Assembly: GCA_013265495.1 (NCBI GenBank)
Contig: MU057947.1
Coordinates: 196,048-260,047 of the forward strand
Source: Vicugna vicugna
Taxonomy: Eukaryota
Length of the DNA stretch: 64,000 bases
Reading direction: 5' to 3'
Below the pieces are notes generated by a model. It was not told the DNA's origin. It worked only from the letters and a program-made list of their open reading frames with translations, and searched no databases. Of this stretch, positions 48,704-62,700 are shown piece by piece; position 1 is the stretch's first letter; every line of letters begins with the position of its first letter. Position numbers and translations under genes: made by a program.

Positions 48704-51700
48704 TAAACGTGTTCCGCCTCCACCGGTCAACTGTCTGATGAATCTTGTTTATATACGGAAATGAAAACAACGGGCAAAACCACTCCTGTGTGCTGCTCCT
48801 GGCGGTTGGCCGGTTGAAGTCGCAGCAAAACTGTCTACGTCCGCATCCCCTTCAAAGCAACAAGTAATTCACTTTGTCATTTGTGAGCTGAACCGCTGCT
48901 ACGCCACCATCTTAAAGAAGCCATCACAGTGTCTCAAATAATAAGCCGAGAAAAATAGAATTGGCCACTGAAACAGAAAAGGTTATTAGGAAAGAAAAAG
49001 TCAGGGATGACACCGAGAAATGCCAGCCAGGTTAATCACACTTAATTTGAAAAGGCGACTGTAACTTTAAGGAGCAGCGCTGGAGTTGGCGCGTAGGTTT
49101 TTATTTTACTGCTTTATAGCCTGCTTCACAACTACTTGGACAAACACAAAACAAGAATTACAGTGCACCGTAAGTTATTTTAATGTCCTGTAGTGGTGCA
49201 TACTTCCAAAGAAATCCCAAGCCTATTATTACGGTTCTCTGTTTGTGTGAAAATGTCAAGTTGCTTCGAGTGACTACATACTCTAAATTATATATAACTG
49301 TTACTTTATAGCTAATAGGCACTAAAATTACTTTAAAACAGAAATGCAAAGTTATATTTTCATCCTTTTTGACAGATAATAAAGCTTATTTATGAGATAC
49401 AATTTTTCAAGCATTAAAACATCTCATGTTTACAAAAACATTAAAAACATTATTACTTGATATTTAAAGGAATGAAAAAAAGCAAAACCATTATGAAAAT
49501 ATTTGTCCTGCTCGGCGACTTCTCTCTCCTGTCAAAAGATTGTAACTTCATTTATGAACGTTCCTGGTTTAAATTCTTTTAAAATTAAAATATTTGCAGG
49601 TTCAAATAGAGGCCAGTGATTTAAGACCCGTCTTGCTCCCTCATCTGTTGCACGCACAAAATCCTTCCCCACGTGCGATGGTGGGAACTGGCAAGGCACG
49701 GAGTCACCCTCCCGCCTGTAGGATGGGTCCCCGCGAAGGAGGGACACTGCAAAGTCATTCCACCCAGAAGCTGACAGTGACCTGCTCTGACTTCTGGGGT
49801 CACAGCTACCTTTCTTCAGCAAAGTGAGCCTGGTTGTACAAAGCACAAATGGAGGGGCACCTCCTTACGAGCCAGGCAGCCCCAGCGCAGGTCCAGTGCT
49901 CTCTCAGCAGATCGGGGCTGGCCCGAGCCTCTGAGCCAGCTCCCGGGAAACGCTGGGCCGTGGTTGCTCCTGACCCCACACCGGGAGTCAGGCCCCTCTG
50001 GATCTAAGGCCATCCCGACTGTGAGTCCGAAGCAAAATGCAAGGGAAACAACACCACAAAGGGTTCCAGGAAGAGTGATCCCGTCCAGAGGGCCCTGAAG
50101 GAAAACGGTTTCCAAGGGGAGCTGGGTGGACGCTTGGGGCTTTTGGCTGCCCCCCTCCAGGCTCTTCCCAGCAGCACCCAGTTTCCTTTAGAAGCATTGC
50201 CTCCTCCCCAGCAGATAAAGTCAAACCTTCCTTGTAAGAAATATAAACACAGGGGCTACGGTGTTTCCCCCTGAAAACAGTGGCGTCTGCGTCATGTCGG
50301 GGGCCTCTGCTGGGAGATGTCCTTGGCTTCTTGTTTCTAGTGCTCCAGGGAGACTGGCTCCCCCTCCAGCCTTCCCCCCAGTTCCCTGGGGGGCCCAGAT
50401 CCTGCCGGGAAATTCCCTTTTGCTTATGGGGCCCGAGCTGCTTTCTCTTGCTGTAACCAAAGAAGTCACACCCTCTGGGGCTGCGGGGGCAGCCGGTCCC
50501 CACTACAAACTTCCTGGCAGGACGGCGGCCCAGCATCCTTCATGTCTGACCTTCACCTGGGGAATGAAGGCCTCCTGCATCCCTGGCCTCTGCTGCCTAA
50601 AAACTGTCCCGTGTCCTCTGCAGCGCACACGTCCACTAACGGAGGCACACCAAGCCCCAACACGGCCTTCCCAGCGGTGCTGGGCGCCCAGCAGGCCCCG
50701 CCCACACACTGGGTCTACGTCAGGGAGCTGGTCAGGGCCCCTTTCCCACTGCTTCTGCCAGTCCACCGTCTGCTAGCAGGAGAGCAGGTTCCTGTGCCTG
50801 GCGGGTCAACGTTCTGCTAAAAACTGCTGGTGGCTCCTCCATCCAGGGTTCTCCTGGGGCTTTGCTACCAGGAAGATGCCCTCATGGCCTCCCTCTCTGC
50901 CCCGCCTCCTTCAGCAGGCCCACGCCCGAAGGAGAGTGAAGCACGGCCCCTGAGAACCGGAGCCCTGGCCACCGGCTGACCGGCAGAAGGCTCCGGCACG
51001 GGGCAGCCGCCCACCCCGGCACTGCCTGTGCCCACCAGGGGCTGGGGTCTGTGCCCTAACACCGCGGTCTCTGCAGGAGGCCTGGCGGGACACCAGCGAG
51101 CAGCTGAACCAGGACAAACTGTTTAGCTATGTTTTAAAGACTAGTCTCTGGTCACACCCCACAGACTTCGTTCCTCCTTCCAAGCCTCCATTAACTATTG
51201 ATCCAGCTCACGGGCAGGGGAACGGAAACCCATCTCTTCCGTGTAACAGGAGGAAGAAAATCATAGCATTGCCGACTTGCGAAACAAGAAATGTTCGGAA
51301 GACATAAACGACAAATCTATTTGGAGTTCACCAGAACATGTGTGTGTCTACCTGCACGGGTGTGGGTCCTGGAAGGCAGTGCATCCTGGGAAGGCTCATG
51401 AGCCAAAACATTGACAACTGCTGCTAAGGGCTCCTTTGAGCTGATACTGAGTTACCATCAGAGGAGCCTCAGAAGACGGGGAGAGCTGCCTGTCGGGTTA
51501 ACTGGGATTATGTTCAGTCGATAATGGCCGATGTAGCAACTTCCCCCCCTGGTATTTAATGAAAGAAAATACGATTTTCCCAGGAGTTGATGTAACGTGT
51601 CCTATTATGTATTGACTAGATCAAATGGGGGAGCGATGAGTAGGTGCCGTTAGCCAAGGTGACACGCGGTACAATGACAGCAAGTGTCTTCAGAATTTAG

Positions 51701-51949
51701 GTAAATGGAAGGTGTTGGTCCAAGCCACAAAGGGCAGATGGTATTCAGGTAAAGGGTCATTAGTATATCCCCTTAATGTAAGAGGCGGGCAGAGCTGAAC
51801 CCCTGTGTTACCCACATCTCAGCATCTTCAGGGGTGAAAGGCTGCTCGTCTCCTGACCCGTGATGCCTGGAGAGCTGATTGCCCAGTGAGTTTCCCCATC
51901 AGCCAGAAGGGATTCCTCCTTTGGGGAACAGAATTCCTATCCTTGCAGG

Positions 51950-52380
51950 ATCTATTCCACGGAGCACTGGCAGGGCTAACTCCCAGCAGCACAGGAGTGG
52001 CCCCTGGTCCAGGCTCAGACCGCCAGGGCACCACGGCTCCCAGCTCCATGGTGGGTCCTGTGACCAGCTGTGGCACCAGTCAAGCCTGGCTGGCCAGGGG
52101 GTTCTCTAAGCCGTGGGCTCTCTTCTCGCTAAAATGCTCGACCTTTGACCAGGGTGGGAGTGGGCATATTTTCTGTTAAAAGGCGAGGACGAGAACGAAG
52201 CCAAACAGAAAGAAACAGAGCCCAGAGACGACAAAAACAGACAAGCTGGGTCTCCAGTGACACAGCCTCAATGTCTGATTCAGCCAAATTCCTCGGCCAG
52301 TGCTGTCGAATTCCTACTTTCCTGGAAGGAGTTACATGGGATTTGGACACTTGCAACCAAAGGGTCCTGGCAGAATGCCG
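51950..52380 (+). mobile_element. Old MLT1 (K/L-like) LTR
   Basis: 'tggtccaggctcagacc', 'gaagccaaacagaaagaaacagagcccagagac' and the terminal 'cacttgcaaccaaagggtcctg'. Confidence 0.65.
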
Positions 52381-53719
52381 TCCCTGGTAAGCCTTCGGTC
52401 TCCCACTCCAGCTTCTTTCACAGACCCATGAACTTCAGTGACCCGGTAGGTAATTCACCTGCTGTTTGAAGTCGCCAGCTCGCTCTACAGCAACAGCCCC
52501 CCAAAAACAAGCACACTTCTTTCTCAAGCAGAGCAGGGAAGAGCCTAGCCGCAAATCCATACGCAGCAAAAGGTGTTGGTGTTCATGGCAGTGTGTCAGG
52601 CTTATGTTCATAAGGTACTGAAATTACAGCAATTAAATCTTAATGGAACAAGCACTAGCTGTGAGTTGGGGCTGATTTAAGTCGAGAATTTGTGCAAAAC
52701 TGAATTTCAAGAGGGTGTGTTAGGAAACCAGTATTTGCTCTTTGGTGATGGGACACAACTGAACCAGAGAGCCCAAATTTTTGGAACTGACAGCACGTGG
52801 TTGGCCGAGTTTGCCCCGGCCTTGGAGCACAGCTGATTCCCAAAACTATGTCCCAGGGAGCACAGTGGGCAGCAGCAGTGAAGAGTCAGCCCAGACTGAG
52901 GACAGAAGACCGCGCGCTCCGGCTTGCCTATCGGCGCCGTCGCAGGAGGAACGTCGCAGAGAAGGAGAGGCACAGGGGCGGGGAAGTGAAGCGAACCAGA
53001 GTGTGGGGGTGAGATGAGGGAGGCGGAGCTGCTAGGTTGGTCCGAAACCTTCCCCCCTAAAGCCGGAGACTCCCCCAGAACTGCCGGCTAGTTGGGGTTC
53101 ACCAGCCAAAGGAGACATGGAAGGCTGCCAGCCCCGTACCTGGTTCAACGACTGATTCAAAACCAGGAAACCTCAGGCCGAGGCTGCAGAAGAGAATGAC
53201 GCCTTGTGGATCGAGGTGCTGAGCGAGAGACTGGGACCAGCAGGAGCTTTATGAGGAGCCCGTGTAGGCGACCACATCACTGGTGCCAAACGGGGCTCCT
53301 GAACGACACTAAGAGGTCCGCGGGGGGCTCGTTTCTGCCTAGGGGAACGGACTTCTCCTTCGGAGAAAATGAAAGTGGGGAGCCTCAGAGGGGCAGGCCG
53401 GAGGGTCTGAGGAAGTTCGTGAGTGCGCGGCGTGTCTTACTGACACGACTGTGCCCTGTGCGCCGAGCCTGGACTCGTAGGCCAGGGTCTGAGCAGGGAT
53501 ATCAGTCTACGAGGCTGAGAGGGGACACGTGCCCAAGTCATTTTTAATAGGCATCTTTTGAGTACGCACTTATTTTAGAAGAAATACATAGACTTCACGG
53601 GTTTGAAGAAATTGTAAGAGCAGCAACTAAGTTTTCTTAATAAATTATTCCTATTTCTAGGAAGAAAAAAATTTCCTTAACACACGGACGCACGTGTGCT
53701 CACATGCACGCATACAAAG

Positions 53720-53753
53720 GCACGCACACACACACACACACATACACACACAC
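53720..53753. repeat. (CA)n microsatellite
   Basis: Directly visible in the sequence. Confidence 0.9.
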
Positions 53754-56700
53754 ATTTCATCCTGTTTGTCCCTGAGCCTCTTTCTGCGTTTGCTTTCCTC
53801 TTCTTTTTATAAGAAGGTCCGGTTAGACGTCCACAGTGGCTTTCGTCTGTCTTCTGGACCCCACTCTCCCTTGCACCCTCCGCATTGCTGTGCCCTGGCA
53901 CCTGCTGCCCAGAGTCTGTCCCTCCTGCGTGTCCCGATGCTCTGGTCTAAACGTGGTAGCAGCTCAGGGCTTGATCAGCATCCTGCAGCAGCACGGGGAC
54001 AAGGTTCCCGCTTCCTCATGCCCAGGTTGTGCCCAGATGTCAGCCGCCCTGCGGCGCCGCCGAAACGTGGACAGCTGCTGCAGGGACCAGGGTCGTGCTC
54101 TGCTCTGCTTGCTCACTGGGTGGGCATCCCTGATGCCACACTCCATGCTAGAGGTCCTGGATGGGGCAGAATCCTGCCCCTGAAATAAGACAGGGCCACA
54201 GTTCCTGCTCTGTCCCTGACCTCCCTGAAAACGGAGCACCAGAAGCGGTCCTTCCTTCATCACTCTGAGTCCAAGTGTGCACACCTCGGATGTCATTGGA
54301 CGCGTGTGTACTTGGTAGGCAGTGACCTGCAGCCCACCACTCGACCGCCATCCCCATGGCTGCGACACGGCCCCGTGAGTGTCCGGGGACCGCTCCACTT
54401 CTAAACATGTGGCACCTTCATGTACCCACAATGCTGCTCAGCCTTCCTCTGAACTTGTTTCTTTTTGTTAGGTGATGAGTTCTTAGATTTAGTAAAAGCC
54501 CCTAAATTGATGGGCAGTACTCCTGTTGTCTGATAAAAGAGATCAAAAGAGTTCTAAAGAGGTCCTTTTCAACCAACCTGCTTCTGCCACTGTCCTTAAG
54601 AAACAAACCAACGTCTGTGGCCGGGGCCCAGCCACAATTCCTGCCCAACTTCCTAGAAACCAAGTGCACACAGTTAAGTGGTGAGTCTGATCTGAGAGGT
54701 TTAGCTGTGGGGCCCCCCAAGCAGACACAGCAACCCCTTAGTTGACTACGACCGTGCCCCCTGTCGGGTGGAGGTCCTTGCACAGCTCCCTCCGCGTGGC
54801 CAGACGCCAGTCCCCCCGGCCCCGGCTGCCAGCCGCAGGGCCACCCATCCATAGCGCCGCCCCCCCCCTCCACTGAGCGGGCCCGGGCTCCTCCACTCCG
54901 CTTCCTCCGGTCCCGATACGTCAGCCCGAAGGCAAGCTACACAAAGTCAGAGCCCTGAGGAGTGAGAAGCGGTGCCAGCGCCCACACAGCTTCAACGCCG
55001 GCTTCTCGGGAAGCGTTAAAGGCACACGGGCAGAGGTATTCCCAGCCCTCCGCCGGCCACACGGAAAGCTCTAAAATAAAGTTACAAATGTCTTCGGATG
55101 AGAGACCAAGTCCCGTACTGGTTTGAGACATTGTTTTCTTTGAAACTTTAAAAGCTTATCACATTAGCCAAAAATACAGCCCCTCACTAGAGAGCCTTCA
55201 GCCGGGAGGACTGAGGGCGCCTGCTGCTGCTTCATACTTCCCTGTATTTTGAGCATTTTCCCTGAGAAGCATGAATTTTCCTTGTAAACGGGAAAAAAAA
55301 AATTAAATTGCAAACCTATCATAAATTCTAAAATATCAACGAAGCAAAGACTCACTCCAGCAGTGCTTGGGCGCTGATGTGCACGCAGGACGTGAGTCCT
55401 AGGTAACAGCTGTTGTACTTGCTTACAAACTGGCAAAGTTCAGGGAAATAACGTTTCTCCCTAAATACCGCGCTTGCCGTAGAAATGCAGCGGCTGTCTC
55501 TAGGAAGCGTGTTTCTCGCGCCGTTTCAGTGCCTAATTGCTCCGTATCTAAAATGTTGACTGCGGTCAGAGTGCTGTGTTTAAAATGCATTCAGCTCACA
55601 CCTCGCCCCTGAGGAAGGAAGCTGTTTGTCTCTGTCCTCTGAGGAAGCACATGGCGTGGGGCGCAAAACCCGCGGAGTGGGAAAGGATGATGTGTAAATC
55701 ACGGCAAAATGGATCCTGCTTCATCCCATCAAGTAAACAGACTGGACACTGGATACCTTGTTTGACACAGAAATTTAAAAAGGGTATGTAACTCGCAAGG
55801 CACGCTGCCCGGGACACAGCTGTATCTTATAAGGCCATGCCTTTATAGGAAGAGTTGATCAAGGTTTCCAACAGTTAAAATCGTGTCTTTTCTAAGCCCT
55901 GGAGGCCTGCAGCTGGTAGAATGCTGCAGAGACAAGATCGCCGCCCTCCTGGCTGATGGTTCTCAGGGAGCTTTGGTCGGCTGGCACAAGAGAAATACTT
56001 CAGATCACCAGTGACATTCTGGTGACATCGCTGGCAACATTCTTCTATGTGGTGATCTTAGCGATTCTCACCCAATTCATGGAGTAAGTCAGTGGACCCC
56101 ATGAAGACATCCAGTCTGGAAATTTCATTGTGACAGTCGCAGGACACTCCAATACAATTTGTGATTATGCCTACGGAATATTAATGTCTGAATGAAGTGA
56201 ACAAAACACATCAGAATTATGCCAATTTCCCAGTTTGAGGAAAATATTTCAGGTGCTGCAACAACCATCTCTCAGACCCGGGCCTCCAAGGGCAGCCGCT
56301 AAGGCAGTGTCCCTCCAGGACCCCGTCAGCCTGCGCTCCCGGACACCCTGCTGGCCCCTGCGCCTGCCCGGAAGAGCCGCGTCCCTGCGGATGCCAGGAC
56401 CTGAGCCCCAGGGCAGTCAGGGGCACAGGTGGAGGCCAGGGAGGCCAGGAATTGGGGATGAGAGAGGAGGAGGCCCCGGGGCGCTGGCCACATTTGGAGG
56501 ACCGAGTCCAGGAGGCACTGGGCTTTGGAGAGGGCCTAGTGCTCACAGGAGAACTGTTTGGCTTTTATCCCTTTCTTTGTTTGCTTCTCCTTTAAATCTT
56601 TCATTTAAAAATAATCTTCCAGGGAACCAGTGGGTCAGATCTGAAACACGCCCTTTCTGTAGGTTGGTAGGAATCTGCCTCAAAGAGACAGAATTTAAAT

Positions 56701-59700
56701 GCATTCATTTCAAACCTATACTCTCTTTACAAAGGACAGTCAAGTGCCAATGCCTGAAATCCTCGGTATTTGTTGACTATTAACGGTGCGATGACAGGTG
56801 ATAATGGCCAGTTAACACGTGGCTTGAATCCGCTAATACATGGTAACGCAGGTTCTGGGGTCCCAAGCCCCAGCAGGTTGGGCTCCCTTGCAAAGCAGTG
56901 GCATCAGAAGCAATTGTTTGAGACCATGTGCTCTGTACACAGTTCATACTTGTCACTGCCATGGCCAGTCACACTGACACCCAGGCAAGGACTTCTCTTA
57001 AGGTCACCTCATTAGGCAAAAGGCCACTGGAGCTCCCAGGGGGAGGGGGAGGGGCACGCAGCAAGCTCCCTGGGTGCGCCGTGGGGAGCAGCTATCTATC
57101 TGCGGGTAAAGACTTTTTTCAGTTTGGAAGCAAACTAAGAGGCCGGGGAGAATTATTTAAAAGAGCTCAGTGACACGAAATCACCCACAAAGGCAAAGTG
57201 GGCCAAGCCACCGGGCGTGAAAGCCGAACCCCAGTGAAGATGCACAACCTCCCGAATCAGGGACTTTCGGCACAGAAGGGCAGCCCGTGCCACCTCCACA
57301 AGTTCAAATTCACGTGGCACCATTTCTCAAAACTGAGACCAAATCACTGGCCACGCTCCCACAGACAGCCTCTCCCCAGCCACGAGCGTGTCGCAGACAC
57401 GAGGCTCACAGGACGGGATGAGCAGCGCTCCCCTCCCTGGAGAAGCCAGCAGCAGAGGGGCGTCCCTTCCACGCCCAGCGAAGAACACGTCACGAGGGAC
57501 CGATTTGATTGCGCTTCCCAGACAGAGCTTCAAGAGCCGCCAGCGCGGAGTGCAACACACATATTCCAGTAAAAGTCTAACAAGGCGTCTGACCGTAAGA
57601 CCCGGTGGATGGCAGACAGACGCCAGAAGTCACTGTGGGAGAGCTCCCTCCAGGGACCTCTCAAAGAGGACAAGACAACCCTTCAAGGAGGCATACTGCA
57701 GGGGAACCTTTTTTTTTTTTTCACTAGCTTCCTTGATTTAACTGGACCACGGGAAGTTCTTGGGTGAAACAGGACAAGCATCATCGAGACAAGTCCTTTC
57801 TCCAAAGGACGGCATAATCACACCCACGGGTATGTTCAAATTCTTCTCTGTTTCTGTCCCTTGCTGAGGTTCTTCTCAGAGGGCCACATGTCTCTGAGAT
57901 TTGGAGACCCAGAGAGCCATTGGCCTTGCCCAAGGAAGGCAGAGAGGACGCTCACCGATGTCAAGGTCACAGCCCTCTCCTCCAGCAACACAGGGACCCG
58001 GCTGTGCCTCCACCTGCTTCTCCGCGGCCAGCCCAACCGGAACATGAGCATCCAGGGATGCCCTCTCCCAGAAGACAAAAAAGAACGGTCACCACAGTGC
58101 GACAATTCACACAGCAGGCACACAACGTGGTCTGAAGCCCCCAAGCCCCCATCACATCCTACAGGATAAAATATATAAGAGTGTGTCATTTTCTACCATT
58201 TGTTCCTTTAGGCAGCCGTTCAAATATTTACAAGCCAGGAAACTCCAAAACCGTGTTTGTCTTGAATAGAAATATTAATTGCTTCCCTAGTTGCATTGTA
58301 CTACTTTTGAGAAGGAAAAATGATTTGTTTTAAAAAAAAAACCTTCCTACAAAATATATGCAGAATTTGTTTTCCAATGAACGCCTAATAAGGCTACCTC
58401 TAAAGTCGAGATATGCAAAAAATTGCCCTTTTCACAGCTGATAAAATACAAATTAATCCTTAGAGGATTTAATATGTGCCTATTTATTACTTTCAAATCT
58501 GAACGTACCATGGCAATTAACATGGCTTCCATTAGCCTGTGAGAAAATCAGTCACTTCGCCTTTGAAACTAGAAATACATGCAAAGTTGACCCTGTCTTA
58601 AATGCCTCCTACCTGGGCGTGCGCATGAGCCGGTGCTTGCTTTCTGACGTGCTACTCGAGGTGTGATCTGATGCCCTTCGGAAGATCACACTTGCCACAG
58701 CGCCTCTGTAGTGATGGCACTGCTTCCAGAATCCATTTGAGTTCCAAAAGCTTCAAACTGCAGTGTCTTCAGGGTATGAAATAATGTTGTTTGTATGCGT
58801 CTGCTAGTTGAGTTTATTATGAGAAACGAAAACATTTTAAAAATTAAAGAAACATTTTTCTTTGTGTTCACAGTTCATTGTGTTAGTTTAACCCCCACAC
58901 TTAGCCTCCTCAGTGCATTTTATAAACTCTCCTGTCGTTTGCTTTCGCATGCGTGCAGACTTAACCCTTGGTTACCCAGCCCTTTTTTCGAGTCCCCCAG
59001 TAAATGCAGGCCTTTGAGAGCAAACGTACGTCTCTCCCGTCTCCCGGAAGTGTGCAGCTGGGAGGCTGCGGAACCACGCGGTTACGTGTGCAGAAATGTG
59101 AATCTTCCTCACGTCTTGATCCACCTTTCTAAGATAGCCACTCGTGTCTATTTTTAACCTTCCTGTATTTAACACACATATATCAGTTTTCTCAACTGGA
59201 GTCCAAGCATCCGAAGCCGTAACAACTTATAACCCAAGCGAGACTGAAGTTGAAATCTGTGATATTTTATCCAATCACCTTTCTTTCTCCTTGTTGATTC
59301 CGAGCATTTTTCAAAATGAGTTCCCCATTTTTTTCATCTTGGACTCCAAATGTTAGCACTAAGGAGGTCCTTTCATTTTCTTCTCATGGTCAGGGTGCTT
59401 TTTCTTTTAAGTGCCGGGTAGTCGGGCAGGTTCTACTCACATGCTTGAGGCTGGCGTGTCTGTGTGGTGCGTTCATCAGCAAACGTCTATGTAACTTCCG
59501 GGAACGGTCCCGTTTGTTTACAGTTTCACGGCCGTGTTTGTTTAGGCTAAGAGAACGCCCGTGCGGAGTTCACGCGGGCAGCCCTCTTTGCTCTGAGAAT
59601 TACATCACCTCTTCTGTCCCATCTCAGCCCGGGAGCTCTTTTGACAGACAGCATGAACGAATCTGCATAAGGAAAAAGTAAGTGACAGCTGGGGTCAGAC

Positions 59701-62700
59701 TCTCTCTGTTTAATGACACTGCCAGTTACACATTTTGAATTGTTTAAATATGAGTCTACTGCTTCCACAATCATCATCTCACTGGTTCCACTTTTCATAC
59801 CCAACAGCCAGGAAACTGACACGTAATTACACACTTGCTGATGGTATCGCCGGTGCCGATAATTAAAACTGCCACCCGAGGGTTGCGATTGCTGGTCTGC
59901 AGCTGGGATGTTGTCAGGAGGCAGCGACTCCAGCAGCTTTTAACGCCGGCTCCTTACAGGTGGACCTCTGGTCCCGGCGCCGGAGGAGCCGGCCGGCCTC
60001 CGCACATCATTTGCAACGTCTCACACAAATGAAGAAAATCTATTAACAATCCGATACGTGGAATACAAACACGACGACCTGAGGGTTAAACTGCCTGCTT
60101 GGGCGCGGGAGCTGGATCCATTAGGTAGTGTGCTTTTCGGCCCCCCTGTTGCAGTATTTACCGGAAAGACCACCAAACGGTCTCCCACCTCTGAGGAGAG
60201 CTTCGAGTTTTCACCCGTCGAGTTAAGGACACAAAGACAGTGGAGCCCAGCCAACTGTGGGGCTGGGTTTGAATAAAAAGATGGGGAGACTCTGGGAAAA
60301 AACAAAACAGAACTTTAAACCCTTCCAAGTTATTGACTAAAAGTAGATTCGATTTCTTGGGAGGAAATGAGACCAAGGCAGATAAAGACTGGGGGTGGGG
60401 ACATTCAAACCTCCTGGGGGGCTAAGTGTAACCCCCTACTTCTGCCCAAGAGTGCAGTGCTGATGGCTTAACAGCTGGTGACTTCTGACACCCAGGTCCC
60501 TCCTCTGTCCACGCAAGGACACACAGAGAGGGCAGAAGGGTGAAGAGCTGCTAAATAATCTGAACAGGGCAGGCAGGGAATGGAAAAGAGGCAGGAGCCA
60601 TCATGAGGAGACACGAGCTGTGGGCTTATGAATGCGACACATTAAAATCTTAGAAAAAGGTAACTGGAAAAGTTAAAGCCGCCACAGACAAGTGATAATC
60701 CAAATTGTAATAGGTCCCGACAGCACGGCAGAGGCAGCTTTGCCTGGAATGAACTATATTTATTCAATTCAAAAATGAGCAATGTATTCACTGTATTAGG
60801 CCCAAACCTGATCATCACCTGGGTCTGTGTGTCTTTCCTGGACGCCTGCTGTTCAAAATAACCTCCCAGCACATCTGCCCCACGAAAACGAAGATGGGAC
60901 CGCGCGCTCCCCTCGCCTAGCTGAGCTCTGGAGAAACAGCCACACGGACGGCAGCATTAAACCTATGTGGTGCAGCAGGGGGTTCTCCTCACTCCCCCTG
61001 CTCGGCTGGCCTGCAGTCCTGGTTTCCTGGATTGAGGGGTCCCCAAGACTCAGGACATGGATGCTAAAATGGGAAGGTCCCAGGCCACCCAGGACAGGTC
61101 GGTCAGCGGCCACTCCACGCCTGTAATATTAAAGAGAAAGCTGGACTGGCTTTTCTCCTTTTTTTTTCTAACCTTTTAAAATCCTAACACAGAATCACCC
61201 AACTACGTATTTCGGGCTAACAGAGCTACAGCCAGACATCTTTATTCCGGAAGTAACAGACACGGCCAAGTGATCCAGTCCTAAGTTTGGGGAATCTTTT
61301 GTTCTTTGATTTTTGAGAGGAAATTGTTGAAGCTATAGAAAAATTGCCTATATGAAAACAAATACAGAGGTATTCTTACTCAAAACAAAAAATAAGCTCT
61401 CATTGTAATCTGTCGTAATTTAAGATACCTTAACATCAAAGCCACAGGATAAATGATGCGATGGAAAACAAAACTGCATGAACTGGGACAAGCAAACACG
61501 TTTTCAGGGAGTGTCTGCTCTTTGGGCTGGACGGACAGCCAGGGTTCAGCCACACCTGGGGCAGGTTTACGGCTGCATCCGTGCAGGCTGACCCAGGCCG
61601 CTGCCCCCGTGCCCCGTCGGGCCACAGAGGAGGACGCGCCCAGGGGCACTTCACAGCTTCTCTCCCAGGATCCGCCGCTCCTCCCCGCGGCCTCCCCTCC
61701 GGGGTCCCAAGTCTGCCGGGGACACGGCTGGAAGGCAGAGGGTGCTTCGCCGGGGGCAAGGCTCAGCCTCTCCCCGCTCTGTGGTCACCAGCAGGCCTGG
61801 CAGCTCTTACCTATAAAAGGCTTTCCCAAAGCCTGACATGAGGATCAGTGCAATCTGCAAACGTGAAGTCCACGGTCCTGCTCCTCAGCTGTATGGCCAT
61901 CTGCTGCCGGTTTGGTGGTTTCAGAGGAAAAGTGGTGGAGCTGTTTCAGGCACACCACCTCACAAGTCTGCGATGTTATCTTGATTCCCACTGACTCGGA
62001 AATCTCCTTAAGTTCTTACTAACTGGAGTTTCCTTAAAGGGAGGGCACAAGAAGACCCCCACTGGGCAGCGCTCAGCCAAGAAGGTCGTCCCCATCTCCG
62101 CGTGTCGTTTACTTTCATCACACGCGTATTTGTCGCTACAGTTGTGCTGTGTTGTCTCCCTGAGACCCAAAATGTATCAATGGCCCAAAAGTTCAAATTA
62201 TTAAAAAAATTTAATAATGAATCATTACGTTTTAATGTCTACTAAATATAAAATTATCATGTTTTGGAAAGAAAGAATCATTTTCATATTAATCATTGTT
62301 TAAAGTTTCAGTAGGAAAGCAGTACCCTAAATACTCCCACAGCGCTGCGCAGACTCCGATTTCAGCACACACTATGAAGAGCGAGCCTGTGACGCACGAC
62401 GGCGTCCACCAAGCACCCAGAACACTCAGGGCTGTCAGGATGCAAGAGGAGGATTATCTGAAAGCTGACTTTTACTGACCCGCCCACCTGCGCGTCGCTA
62501 GCATCCAGCGTCTCGGATAAAATGTTCTCGGTTAGTGGCATGAAGGCATCAGAGGAGGGAAAGAGACCAAAACCACAGAAACGGCGTTCACGGTCAGAGC
62601 TTTCCTGGCTGAAACCGGTCACGTCACACGTGGAGAAACTTGTAAATCTGGCCACTGGTTAGAGGTTGTGGTCGGGGAAGGAGAAGCAGCAACAGGCGAA

